DNA of 64,000 nucleotides from Candidatus Saccharimonadales bacterium (GCA_046350615.1 JAXMAA010000001.1:268263-332262); one strand, 5' to 3'. Counted from the first letter of the stretch, positions 1 through 8,322 are shown. The notes: generated by a model from the letters alone, not told the origin. Program-made: numbers and translations.

Positions 1-1290
1 TTCTTGTTCATATACGCCTATTCGGAGGTTCTTTTCATGTTCAATGGTACCCGAAAAAACAATTGATTGGGGCTTACTACCAGAGGTCGTACTGCGAACC
101 GCCTTCACTAGCGTTGTTTTACCGGCTCCGTTTCTTCCCTTCAACTCCACCCTGCCGTGCACCCGAAGATCAAATGAAACTGGCTGAAATAACGGGGCCT
201 CACTGTAGCCAAGTGCGAGGCTCTCCACCCCTAAGAGCACTCTATCGCTTTTATCACTCCCCGCTTTAGTGCGAACGCGAATATTGCGAGCTTTATGCTC
301 TTGGTAGCTTTCGCTCATCTTAGTACCAAGATCCGCCGCTGATTCTCGGTCAATCCAAACGGTCGGCTTCTCGGTTGCCTCGCTGAGCTGCGCAAGTTCC
401 TTAACGGCACGCTGTTCTTGGCCCTTAAAGCGTTTAATGGTATCAGGATCTCTCGCTTTCTCCTTGAGGCGGCGAAAGCGTACCACGTCAGCTTGCAGGT
501 TCGCAATTTTACGCTGAGCAACCTCGTACTCATTCACCTCGGAGCTAATATTCATCACATTGAGCTTTAAATATGCATCGTAATTTCCTTTAAAACTGTG
601 GGCCTTGCCATCGCGAATTTCAATAATCCGATCGACACTGCGAAGCACATCACGGTCGTGAGTAATAACAACCACCGCCTCTTGAGCAGCGTTTAACCAG
701 GCGACGAATGATGCTTTAGCGACAAAATCCATATGATTGGTTGGCTCGTCTATCAGGGCAATGTCGGCCCGCGAACGCTGGATCTTCACAAGTTCCACCA
801 GACGTTTTTGCCCGCCTGAAAGCTCGCCAATTTTTTTATGAATCACCTCGCTACTCATTTGGTAATCGCTCAGAATCTTCTCGACATCGTTTTCAACATC
901 GTAGTAGCCAAGATCACCGAAACGTTCTAGCGCATCGCTGTAAGTTTGCATTTTATGCGTGCTTTCACTCATATGTTCGGGATAGGTTTCAATGATGTGT
1001 TTCAGTTTTGTATACTCGGGCAAATCCGCCAAAATGTACTCTAAAACATGCGTCTCTTCAAAACCATGATGCTCTTGGCGGCTAAAAACGAGCGATGCGC
1101 CCTTTCGCAGAGCTACGGCCCCATCAAAATCGGTATCTAACCCTGTAATGAGGTTAAATAATGTTGATTTGCCGGTGCCGTTACGCCCAATCAAGCCGAT
1201 TTTTTCACCAGCTTGTATTTTTATCTCTAAATTTTTGTAGAGCTCTTTGGCACCGAAGCCTTTGGATGCCACTGTTATCTGTGCAATCAT
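1..1290 (-). CDS. ABC-F family ATPase (partial; the N-terminal ~430 aa are in the window and the gene runs off the left edge)
   Basis: Reverse-strand translation from ATG (rc of 1288-1290) gives MIAQITVASKGFGAKELYKNLEIKIQAGEKIGLIGRNGTGKSTL. It has Walker A, an LSGGQKRL signature, an ALIDEPTNHMD Walker B, a linker, then a second P-loop GRNGAGKTTL. This is the two-cassette ABC-F architecture. The ORF is absent from the ORF track only because it has no stop inside the window. Confidence 0.85.
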   Translation of the reverse strand, partial: MIAQITVASKGFGAKELYKNLEIKIQAGEKIGLIGRNGTGKSTLFNLITGLDTDFDGAVALRKGASLVFSRQEHHGFEETHVLEYILADLPEYTKLKHIIETYPEHMSESTHKMQTYSDALERFGDLGYYDVENDVEKILSDYQMSSEVIHKKIGELSGGQKRLVELVKIQRSRADIALIDEPTNHMDFVAKASFVAWLNAAQEAVVVITHDRDVLRSVDRIIEIRDGKAHSFKGNYDAYLKLNVMNISSEVNEYEVAQRKIANLQADVVRFRRLKEKARDPDTIKRFKGQEQRAVKELAQLSEATEKPTVWIDRESAADLGTKMSESYQEHKARNIRVRTKAGSDKSDRVLLGVESLALGYSEAPLFQPVSFDLRVHGRVELKGRNGAGKTTLVKAVRSTTSGSKPQSIVFSGTIEHEKNLRIGVYEQE

Positions 1291-1445
1291 ACAATCCTGT
1301 TCTTATGCACTCTGCCAAACCTTAGCAAAGATGCTATTTACATGCTCAGTGTAACAGATGTGATATACTAGTGTCACCAAGCTATATTTTGCGGTAGTGG
1401 CAAAATCTCTAGCATAACTCAAAATCTAAGTACCAGGAGGTGTGC

Positions 1446-1895
1446 ATGTACAAACGAAGGTTAACGGTTCGTGGCGTTATTATTGATGGCGAAAAAGTGT
1501 TCGCGCAGCAACTCAAAAAGACTGTGGCGAAAGGCGGTGATTGGTGGTGCACTCCTGGTGGAGGTGTTGATGACGGCGAAAGTCTGCACGATGCACTAAA
1601 CCGAGAAATGGTTGAGGAAACTGGGGTAAAACCAGTAATTGGCGAGCTTCTTTTTGTGCAGCAATATACTGACGGTGATAATTCGGAGCAGCTGGAGTTC
1701 TTCTTTCATATTACCAACACCAGTGATTACCACGCAGTTGATCTCAGCAAAACCACCCATGGAGAGATAGAAATCGCCAACTATGGATTTATCAATCCCA
1801 AAGAATTCAATTTACTTCCTGCCGAGCTGCAAGAGATCGATATTGCGAACCACATTAGCAATAATACACCAGTCATGTTCTTTACTCACCTCTGA
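1446..1895 (+). CDS. NUDIX hydrolase
   Basis: Nudix box GGGVDDGESLHDALNREMVEETGV (GX5EX7REUXEEXGU). AGGAGG sits at 1435-1440, 5 nt before ATG 1446. Confidence 0.8.
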   Translation: MYKRRLTVRGVIIDGEKVFAQQLKKTVAKGGDWWCTPGGGVDDGESLHDALNREMVEETGVKPVIGELLFVQQYTDGDNSEQLEFFFHITNTSDYHAVDLSKTTHGEIEIANYGFINPKEFNLLPAELQEIDIANHISNNTPVMFFTHL

Positions 1896-1902
1896 GAATT
1901 GT

Positions 1903-2127
1903 CTACTGATACGCTTGGGCATGCGTACCGACATCAAGGAATATAATCTGATTCTCGGTTTCCTCATAAACCACGCGGATATCCGAAGTTATCGAAAACG
2001 CAAGCTTGCCGGATAGATTACCGGTAAGCGCATGGTCATTGAGTGGGTAGCCCTTTGCATCCTGAAGAAACAGCCCATACCGTTGGTCGAAAGCGTAAGT
2101 TAACTCTCAAAACCTCCCGTTCGTCAT
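1903..2127 (-). pseudogene. RelE/YoeB-family toxin remnant
   Basis: Reverse frame reads MTNGRF*ELTYAFDQRYGLFLQDAKGYPLNDHALTGNLSGKLAFSITSDIRVVYEETENQIIFLDVGTHAQAYQ*. The C-terminal half matches the YoeB/Txe/RelE pattern (PLxxxLxGxxSxRI...RVVYxxxxxxIxxLxxGxHxxxY). There is an in-frame TGA at codon 7 (rc of 2107-2109). The ATG lies inside hairpin repeat copy 2123-2146. It is directly downstream of a DinJ-like antitoxin gene. Confidence 0.45.
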
Positions 2128-2185
2128 TCCCGCGAACGCAGGAATCCAGTTTAAATACTAGATCCCGGATCAAGTCCGGGATGAC
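2123..2185. repeat. Two tandem hairpin mini-repeats (intergenic copies of family 1)
   Basis: gtcattcccgcgaacgcaggaatc (2123-2146) and gatcccggatcaagtccgggatgac (2161-2185). The second has a perfect 8-bp stem, a TCAAG loop and a GGGATGAC right end. Confidence 0.7.
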
Positions 2186-2222
2186 ACAAGATGAGTTTTG
2201 AGAGTCAGGTACTTCCGACCTC

Positions 2223-2540
2223 TCACGAATAATCTGTTTTGTTATTGCTGCCCCGCAAGCCTTTCATAAACCCTTCAACCGTGTTAAACGGACCTTCTAT
2301 ATCAATGCCGTGCTCAACATCACGTGCAGCTTTTTGAAGCCGTGCCGCTGCTTCTGGTGTTGGCTGGCCCCAAACATCGTCAAAATCAATCTCACGACCA
2401 TCAGCCTTCGCCTTAGCCCACACGCGAATATACGCCTGAATAGAATCAAATCCTAAGTTCTTCACATACGCCTCAAACCGATCACGCACATCCGCCTCAA
2501 TCGGCACCTGAATCTTAACCATATTCGATGTTTTACTCAT
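2223..2540 (-). CDS. DinJ/RelB-family antitoxin (ribbon-helix-helix), paralog 1
   Basis: MSKTSNMVKIQVPIEADVRDRFEAYVKNLGFDSIQAYIRVWAKA follows the same pattern as the two other DinJ-like ORFs in this window (TLSIRTDEKTKAAIKAFADSLGLSVSALV and TLSIKTDPKVKAQAQKLAADLGLPLGSLI). Confidence 0.55.
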   Translation of the reverse strand: MSKTSNMVKIQVPIEADVRDRFEAYVKNLGFDSIQAYIRVWAKAKADGREIDFDDVWGQPTPEAAARLQKAARDVEHGIDIEGPFNTVEGFMKGLRGSNNKTDYS

Positions 2541-2685
2541 ACCAAAAGAGTATCAAAACAGTATAATTATGTCAATATAATGAATCCTAACACATCACAT
2601 TCGTTTCCGCGACACAGCACAGTACACAAGCATTACTATGATAATGATTCATCGACTTACCTCTTATGAAGCGTGGGTTCACGTT

Positions 2686-3498
2686 TCAATCATCTGCTAG
2701 AGGGTTGTCCTCAACTGTTTTCAAAGATGGTTTTCGGACAACACGATACCTCTCAATGCCTTCTCCGCCAAGGACTCCCCAATATAATCTTGAATTACCT
2801 CTAGCTGGGTTAATTAATCCACGTATTACAGGTGCAGTGTCTCCTGTGCTAGAAAGCCGCACGACTCTTTGCACTAAAAGGTTGAATGGACTAACACCGT
2901 ATGCATCTCGAAATTTTTCAATCTTTTCTCGACCGTCTGGAATCCCTTGTATATTGACTATCGAGAGTACCTTTGATTCGCGCTCACGATGCACATTCAA
3001 GCCCAATCGGGCAAGATACTGTCCATGATGATACAGCCTGGCCTGATACAAAGCTTCTGGACAGGGCGTTTCGAATTGCGGCCGATCATGTTGATGGGCA
3101 GCAATTCTGTCTGTAAGAACAAACTGTATATCTATGCCATCATCACACTTTTCGTCGCCGTACATTTCAACAAGATATTCCTGCGCATCTAAGTTGTCCA
3201 ACGCCCTATCAAGCTGCAAGCTGTTCTCAGGGTTAATAGTGGTTACGTGCCCACTACGGAAGCTTGTGTCAGCAGATAAGTACACAGCACCGAACGCATT
3301 CTCGAAGTTTATTGGGCGAAAACCAGTCCGCCTCTTGACTTCTTCATATCTCGCTAAAAATGGCCATCGTGGGTCATCATCTGTAGGCAAAAACCCATAC
3401 AAGCTAAAGGCTGTATCGAGAAGAACGGAAGGCTTCTGCATAAATGGCAGTTCACAGCCGTTTTTAGGTAACGGTAAGGTCCCCAGTACTCTAGACAT
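2686..3498 (-). CDS. Hypothetical protein (270 aa), directly upstream of and co-oriented with the antitoxin-like gene
   Basis: Long ORF with no recognisable motif. The ORF end at 2686 and the next start at 2540 leave a 145-nt AT-rich spacer. Confidence 0.5.
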   Translation of the reverse strand: MSRVLGTLPLPKNGCELPFMQKPSVLLDTAFSLYGFLPTDDDPRWPFLARYEEVKRRTGFRPINFENAFGAVYLSADTSFRSGHVTTINPENSLQLDRALDNLDAQEYLVEMYGDEKCDDGIDIQFVLTDRIAAHQHDRPQFETPCPEALYQARLYHHGQYLARLGLNVHRERESKVLSIVNIQGIPDGREKIEKFRDAYGVSPFNLLVQRVVRLSSTGDTAPVIRGLINPARGNSRLYWGVLGGEGIERYRVVRKPSLKTVEDNPLADD

Positions 3499-3525
3499 TA
3501 ATGCATTATAACATACTTTATGCAG

Positions 3526-4374
3526 TTATGTCAATATTTGGGCATCTTCAATCTGGTGATTGCCGATTCTGGTGCGGCGGAGTTCGGTGCAGTAGGCGCC
3601 GGTTTTGAGGGTTTTGCCGATATCTTCTACCAAGGAACGGATGTAGGTGCCGCTGCTGACGTCGCAGATGCATTTGAGGTAGGGGTATTCGTAGCTTACT
3701 AGTTGTAATCTGCTGATTGTCACCTTTCGGGATGGAATCTCGAAACTCTTGCCCTCTCGGGCCAGTTTATAGGCCCGTTTGCCGTTAATTTTGATCGCAG
3801 AATAGGCCGGTGGGGTTTGGGTAATCTCTCCCGTGAACTGACGAAGTGCTTGTTGCACTTCTTCGGGAGTTGGATTATTGATAAGTGATTTTTGAAGGGA
3901 AGATAACTCGCGTTGCTCAGGACTTTCTACTGGATTCCCGATCAGGTCGGGAATGACAGAGTCGTCAGATCCTCCGTTTTCCATATTCCATATTCCGTAT
4001 TCCAAAATCTCACCTTCCGGATCGCCCGTGCTACTCACCTCACCGAGCTTTGCGGTGAACTCGTAGGTTTTATCTAGTTTTAGGTATGATGAGGCGTCTT
4101 TGCAGGCATCGCCAACTAAGATAATAAGCAGTCCGGTAGCAAATGGGTCAAGCGTGCCGGCATGACCAACTTTAATTTTTTTGGGTTTTTGGGTGGAAGG
4201 TAACTCGCTTCGCTCAGGTTCATTAAACTGGATTCCCGTCTTCACGGGAATGACGGGTCTATTTGCTATTTGCTGGTATCTGTTATCTGTGTTCCGAAGC
4301 AAGCTTCGGATGCGGGCAACCACATCAAAACTCGTCCATCCGGCTGGTTTATCAATCAGTATTACATCTTTCAT
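3526..4374 (-). CDS. truB: tRNA pseudouridine(55) synthase TruB, carrying two in-frame hairpin-repeat insertions
   Basis: ILIDKPAGWTSFDVV and KVGHAGTLDPFATGLLIILVGDA are the TruB motifs. Extra segments ...RPVIPVKTGIQF... and ...DSVIPDLIGNPVES... are encoded by repeat copies at 4230-4254 and 3932-3957. Confidence 0.9.
   Translation of the reverse strand: MKDVILIDKPAGWTSFDVVARIRSLLRNTDNRYQQIANRPVIPVKTGIQFNEPERSELPSTQKPKKIKVGHAGTLDPFATGLLIILVGDACKDASSYLKLDKTYEFTAKLGEVSSTGDPEGEILEYGIWNMENGGSDDSVIPDLIGNPVESPEQRELSSLQKSLINNPTPEEVQQALRQFTGEITQTPPAYSAIKINGKRAYKLAREGKSFEIPSRKVTISRLQLVSYEYPYLKCICDVSSGTYIRSLVEDIGKTLKTGAYCTELRRTRIGNHQIEDAQILT
3932..3957. repeat. Hairpin mini-repeat, in frame within truB
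   Basis: ggattcccgatcaggtcgggaatgac: stem attcccga/tcgggaat, loop tcagg, then GAC. On the coding strand it is translated as VIPDLIGNP. Confidence 0.75.
4230..4254. repeat. Hairpin mini-repeat, in frame within truB
   Basis: ggattcccgtcttcacgggaatgac: stem attcccgt/acgggaat. It is preceded by the shared module cgcttcgctcagg and translated as VIPVKTGIQ. Confidence 0.75.
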
Positions 4375-4390
4375 TATCTGTTAGTATACT
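4362..4390 (+). promoter_or_regulatory. Sigma-70-type promoter for the PIG-L gene
   Basis: TTACAT (4362-4367), 17-nt spacer, TATACT (4385-4390), ATG at 4398. It lies inside the 5' end of the divergent truB coding sequence. Confidence 0.5.
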
Positions 4391-4397
4391 AAACATC

Positions 4398-5108
4398 ATG
4401 AAGAAGTTATTATTTGGTATTTTTGCCCACCCCGATGATGAAGCATTCGGGCCATCGGCCTCCTTATATCAAGCTGCTCAGAGCGGTACAGATGTACATC
4501 TTATTTTGTTAACAGATGGCGAAAACGGCAATAATCCCGATGAAGTGAGCGGCCTCGCTCAAGTGCGGCTCAAAGAGTGGGAACAAAGCGGTGCGCTTAT
4601 TGGCGTGAAGAGCCAACACGCTTTGCATTACCCTGACGGTGGTATCAATAACAATTTGTATTTAGAAATTGCAGAAAAAATCTTCGCGGTTATACGTAAA
4701 GTTTTGAAAACATACAGCAACGAGGTGTCGGTAGATTTCATGACCTACGAACAGGGTGGCATTACCGGACATCTTGACCATATTGCCGCCAGCTACATCA
4801 CAACTTTCGTTTACCTGAAACTACACGAGGAACAGAGCACGCACCACCATATTCAAACACTGAAATACTATTGCCTACCCCAGTGTCTTGCACCCGAAAC
4901 AAACACCAGCTGGCTCTACATGACATGCGGCAAGGCAGATGCACACTGCGATGAGATTTTTGATTACATCGAACTAAAAGAGATTAAGCTGAAAATCATG
5001 AAAGCTCATCGCTCGCAGCGTGATGATATGCAAGCCATAGTGCGCCAGCAGACAGCAACCAACAATCCATGTCGCTATAAAGATCACTTTTGTTATTTTA
5101 AATCTTAG
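4398..5108 (+). CDS. PIG-L/LmbE family N-acetylglucosaminyl deacetylase
   Basis: MKKLLFGIFAHPDDEAFGPSA contains the HPDDE zinc-binding motif of LmbE/PIG-L. The ORF-track start at 4263 runs through truB and is unlikely; ATG 4398 is preferred. Confidence 0.8.
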   Translation: MKKLLFGIFAHPDDEAFGPSASLYQAAQSGTDVHLILLTDGENGNNPDEVSGLAQVRLKEWEQSGALIGVKSQHALHYPDGGINNNLYLEIAEKIFAVIRKVLKTYSNEVSVDFMTYEQGGITGHLDHIAASYITTFVYLKLHEEQSTHHHIQTLKYYCLPQCLAPETNTSWLYMTCGKADAHCDEIFDYIELKEIKLKIMKAHRSQRDDMQAIVRQQTATNNPCRYKDHFCYFKS

Positions 5109-5197
5109 TTTGTAGTTGATGGTTTGTAGTTTGTGGTTGGCAGTTGGCAGCTCTTAGGTCGGCTGCGCGAGGATGAAAGCAAATGGGAAGTTTTTTC

Positions 5198-5257
5198 TAA
5201 GCTCTAAGTTCTAAGAACTAAGATCCATCTCTCTATTTGCTGCTATCTGTTATCTAC
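5198..5257. repeat. Family-2 dispersed intergenic repeat
   Basis: ctaagctctaagttctaagaactaagatccatctctctatttgctgctatctgttatctacc. The core ctatttgctgNtatctgttatct recurs at 4259-4290, 7750-7784, 33455-33482, 34271-34298 and, as a variant, 42985-43015. Confidence 0.6.
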
Positions 5258-7480
5258 CTAAACTGGTGGCAGCGGAGGCAACCCCGAACCATTCGGATTA
5301 TTGAGTGGTGATTGCCCTTGAAGCTCACGGTTACGATCTACTGCCTGCTCGTAATCAGCAACTTTCGCATCAATTTTTGCCTGGCGATCAACATCGGCCT
5401 GATTCTGCTGCGCAGCAAGATCATCGCCAGCTTGTGTCCACGTGTTTTGAGATTGTGGCATATTCTGCATAAACTCTGGGTTTGTTTGCGGCTGGAACCC
5501 GGTAGCAATATCCGTTATTGGCTGACTGCCCGGAAGGGGTGGCAGTGGCGGAAGACCTTGTTGATCTGCGCTAGCGCCGGGCAGTGGTGGCAATGGCGGC
5601 AACCCTGCCGTCTGATCTTGCGGTGGCAGCGGTGGCGTTATGGGTGGTGCAAACGAGGCTGCGGTGGCTGGCGCTGGACCAAGTGGCGGCGGGCTGAAAT
5701 CGCCCACTGGTGCCGGGGGTAGCATTGGTTCTGGCTGAGATGGTAAAGCTACGTCTGTAATGGTTGGTGCTGGAAAGGCTTCGGGAACAACCGGCTCAGG
5801 ACTCGGCGGTGTAATTGGTGCTACTACCGGAGGTGTTTCTGGGCTAGCCTCGAGAGGAGCCACCTCTGGAAGTGGCGTACTACCGATAGATTCAAGCCGT
5901 TTGTGAGGTGGATCAACAGCCGCATCTTCAACCGCCTTACGTGCCGCCTCAATCGTCTCTTCCGAACCAATGACACCATCATTAGTATGTTCAAGTGTTG
6001 GCGGGGTATTAGATTCAGATTCTAGAGCAGTCGTGCTTGAAGCCGCCTCATCACCTGCTTGTGTTGCATTCAGCGTTCCCCCAAATTGCGGTGGCGTCAG
6101 AGCGTCTCGCGCTGGAGGCGGCGTAATGCTTGGCAAACCATCAGGGGCGGCAGCTTCGGCTACAGGAGGTGCTACTGGCACTGGAATCTCCACGGGTGCC
6201 GGAGGATTTGCAGCTGCCGTATCTTTTACAGTTTCCTCACGCTTTGCTGTGGGTTTTTGAGGCTGGGTTGCTGGCGATTCGGAATTTTTCTGCTTATCGA
6301 GCGCTAGTTTTAAGCTTACATCTGTTTGAGCCGGCTTATTATCTTGGTCTTGCTGCTTAACCTTAGCTGGCTGTTGTTGGTCTTTTGAACTCTGATTTTG
6401 TTGCCCGCCATTATTACCCTGTGCGTTTTTACCAGGTTGGTTATTTTTGGCACCCTTTCTGCTATCCCGGCCATCTTTTTTCGAATCCTTTTGTTCGTTG
6501 TGTTCGAGTACCATCTCGCCACTGTCATCTTGCGGCTGGTCTTTTGGTTTATTCCGAATTGATTCGCTCAACACACCCTCTTGGCGAAGATTACTGGCTA
6601 TCAGCTGCTGATTTGCTCCAGCTGCCATCAACTGGGCTGCGAGCGTCATCACTTTTGGACTGGTTTTTTCGTTCGAGAATCGGCTAGTTTCGGCAACAAT
6701 ACCAGTTAAGAACGCTGTGGCCGATTGAGCATCGAGTAATTGCGCATCAAGTTGGTCTACTAAACTCAGTAGCATCTCGGCAACCGAGCTTGCCTCGCCA
6801 TCATTCCAGTTGATACTGCCAAGATTGCTCTTCTGAACCCCTGCATTGATAGAAACAACCGTTGCATCGTGCAAAATGCGACCATGCGCAGTAATTGCCC
6901 TATCGAGCTCATCCCGGTTGAGCGCGCCGAGCGCCAAGACAACATCAACATTAAAATCACCTTGGCTAAATTGGAGGTCCTTTTGGGTGATAACTGTCTT
7001 ATATGGGGTGATGAAGATTTTCACAACATCATCTTCCACCTTGTAGCGCAGCTTATCTGCTTTTTCTCTATCAAGCGCAATTATGAAATCACGCAGGCTA
7101 TCCACAGTATTCTCAAAGGTTTTTTCTGGATCCAGAAACTCCATTGCAGCTGGAATCTTGCCACTAAATACCGCCGTAGCGTGTTTGCCGATCTTTCCGA
7201 GTATGATAGTCAGCCCGAGTGCTGAAGCAAGCTCATCAACAGATGGGTTACCGCCCACCGTAACAAGCATGTTTTTTCCGTTATTAATTGCTGTGACTAT
7301 TTGTGAAACCAGACCTTCAACCGGTTCGGCCGATGCGGGTTGCGGCTGTTCCTCTGGTTGCGATTGCTGTGGCACCTCGGGTACTAGCGGCTCAGCCGGC
7401 AATGCCGGAAGATTTGGTAGTGGCGGTGCTTGCGGCTGCGTACTATCGGGAACTTGTGAAACAGGCGTTTGTGGATCCAT
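5258..7480 (-). CDS. Degenerate DHH-family (NrnA-like) domain protein with a long proline-rich C-terminal region
   Basis: N-terminal domain LVTVGGNPSVDELASALGLTIIL...VDVVLALGALNRDELD...DGEASSVAEMLLSLV...FLTGIVAETSRF is collinear with NrnA/DHH motifs (HxxPDGDAxGS, DxxN, DHH, DTSASSxSEM, GIxGDTGRF). The catalytic residues are replaced (NPSVDE, no DHH). The C-terminal ~400 aa are Pro/Gln/Ala-rich with LPPLPPLPG repeats. The preferred start is ATG 7480 (MDPQTPV); the upstream 27 codons are read-through of the intergenic region. Confidence 0.6.
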   Translation of the reverse strand: MDPQTPVSQVPDSTQPQAPPLPNLPALPAEPLVPEVPQQSQPEEQPQPASAEPVEGLVSQIVTAINNGKNMLVTVGGNPSVDELASALGLTIILGKIGKHATAVFSGKIPAAMEFLDPEKTFENTVDSLRDFIIALDREKADKLRYKVEDDVVKIFITPYKTVITQKDLQFSQGDFNVDVVLALGALNRDELDRAITAHGRILHDATVVSINAGVQKSNLGSINWNDGEASSVAEMLLSLVDQLDAQLLDAQSATAFLTGIVAETSRFSNEKTSPKVMTLAAQLMAAGANQQLIASNLRQEGVLSESIRNKPKDQPQDDSGEMVLEHNEQKDSKKDGRDSRKGAKNNQPGKNAQGNNGGQQNQSSKDQQQPAKVKQQDQDNKPAQTDVSLKLALDKQKNSESPATQPQKPTAKREETVKDTAAANPPAPVEIPVPVAPPVAEAAAPDGLPSITPPPARDALTPPQFGGTLNATQAGDEAASSTTALESESNTPPTLEHTNDGVIGSEETIEAARKAVEDAAVDPPHKRLESIGSTPLPEVAPLEASPETPPVVAPITPPSPEPVVPEAFPAPTITDVALPSQPEPMLPPAPVGDFSPPPLGPAPATAASFAPPITPPLPPQDQTAGLPPLPPLPGASADQQGLPPLPPLPGSQPITDIATGFQPQTNPEFMQNMPQSQNTWTQAGDDLAAQQNQADVDRQAKIDAKVADYEQAVDRNRELQGQSPLNNPNGSGLPPLPPV

Positions 7481-7579
7481 TTTCTTACCTATTTTTATTT
7501 TAGCTTTTATACATAAACAGTATCGGATTTTAACAGTGATGTCAAGAGAGAAATACTTCAATCACGAATTACCGACCTT

Positions 7580-7605
7580 GTCATCCTGAGCGAAGCCGAA
7601 GGATC
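7580..7605. repeat. Hairpin mini-repeat (AGGATGAC subtype, reverse orientation)
   Basis: gtcatcctgagcgaagccgaaggatc is near-identical to 63152-63177 and to the reverse complement of 42924-42949. Confidence 0.7.
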
Positions 7606-7787
7606 GAGCAATGAATAACGGTTTAGATCAGATCTTCCCTCCTTTGCTAAAACTCTGGTGAACAGGTCGATAGGCTCAAGATGGCATACTGCTGATGGCT
7701 TCATTCGTGGTTGGGGTAAAAACAGATAACAGAAAGCGCATGTGCCACCTCTATTTGCTACCATCTATTATCTCTTATCTGACTCAC

Positions 7788-7816
7788 TTTACAATCACCT
7801 CTGTTTACGGTATACT
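7788..7816 (+). promoter_or_regulatory. Sigma-70-type promoter of rpsT
   Basis: TTTACA (7788-7793), 17-nt spacer, TATACT (7811-7816). RBS AGGAGA at 7850-7855, ATG at 7867. Confidence 0.55.
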
Positions 7817-7866
7817 CTTCCCTTGACTATAAAGAAAAGTTAAATCCATTCAGGAGAATAATCTAG

Positions 7867-8268
7867 ATGCCAATTATCAAATCTGCAAAAAAGCGCATGA
7901 AGCAAACTGCTGTTCGACGTGCTCGCAATCAAACAACGAAACGAAGCCTACGAAGTGAAGTAAAAATACTCGCAGCAGCAATTGAGGCCAAGGATGGCAA
8001 AAAAGCCGCAGAAGCATTGAAGAAAGTTCAGAGCAATCTCGATAAAACAGTCAAGAAGAACATCTTAAAAAAGAACACCGCAGCCCGAAAGCTCGCCCGC
8101 CTTTCAGAACAAGTAAAAGCCCTCGGCGCCAAGCCAGCTACAACTACCAAAGCCAAAGCAGCCCCAAAAGCGACAAAACCAACAGAGAAGAAAGCCCCGG
8201 CAAAGAAACCCGCAGCCAAAAAACCAGCTGCTAGAGCTACGGTAAAAAAAGCTTCAACTAAAAAATAA
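7867..8268 (+). CDS. rpsT: 30S ribosomal protein S20 with a Lys/Ala-rich C-terminal extension
   Basis: MPIIKSAKKRMKQTAVRRARNQTTKRSLRSEVK is the S20 N-terminus (compare MANIKSAKKRAIQSEKAR...). The 133-aa length includes a KKPAAKKPAARATVKK histone-H1-like tail. Confidence 0.85.
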   Translation: MPIIKSAKKRMKQTAVRRARNQTTKRSLRSEVKILAAAIEAKDGKKAAEALKKVQSNLDKTVKKNILKKNTAARKLARLSEQVKALGAKPATTTKAKAAPKATKPTEKKAPAKKPAAKKPAARATVKKASTKK

Positions 8269-8283
8269 CCGAGCAAGTGATAT

Positions 8284-8322
8284 AGGACCCTCATTATGCT
8301 ATGCATGCGAGGGCCTTTTTTT
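8284..8322 (+). terminator. Rho-independent terminator after rpsT
   Basis: aggaccctc...gagggcct stem followed by a T7 run. Confidence 0.7.

Noticed and set aside
1783-2016. 77-aa plus-strand ORF overlapping the NUDIX 3' end
   Set aside because: It is out of frame with the NUDIX gene and has no RBS. The region is better explained by the convergent toxin remnant on the minus strand.
4263-4397. ORF-track start at 4263 for the PIG-L deacetylase
   Set aside because: That upstream extension would be translated through the truB 5' region and a repeat. ATG 4398 follows a good TTACAT-N17-TATACT promoter, and the conserved HPDDE motif starts right after it.
5312-7589. Plus-strand ORFs (5312..5722, 5970..6260, 6059..6307, 7083..7589 and others) overlapping the proline-rich gene
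   Set aside because: These are Cys/Arg/Trp-rich translations typical of the antisense strand of a Pro/Ala/Gln-rich gene. The minus-strand ORF is continuous and 767 aa long.
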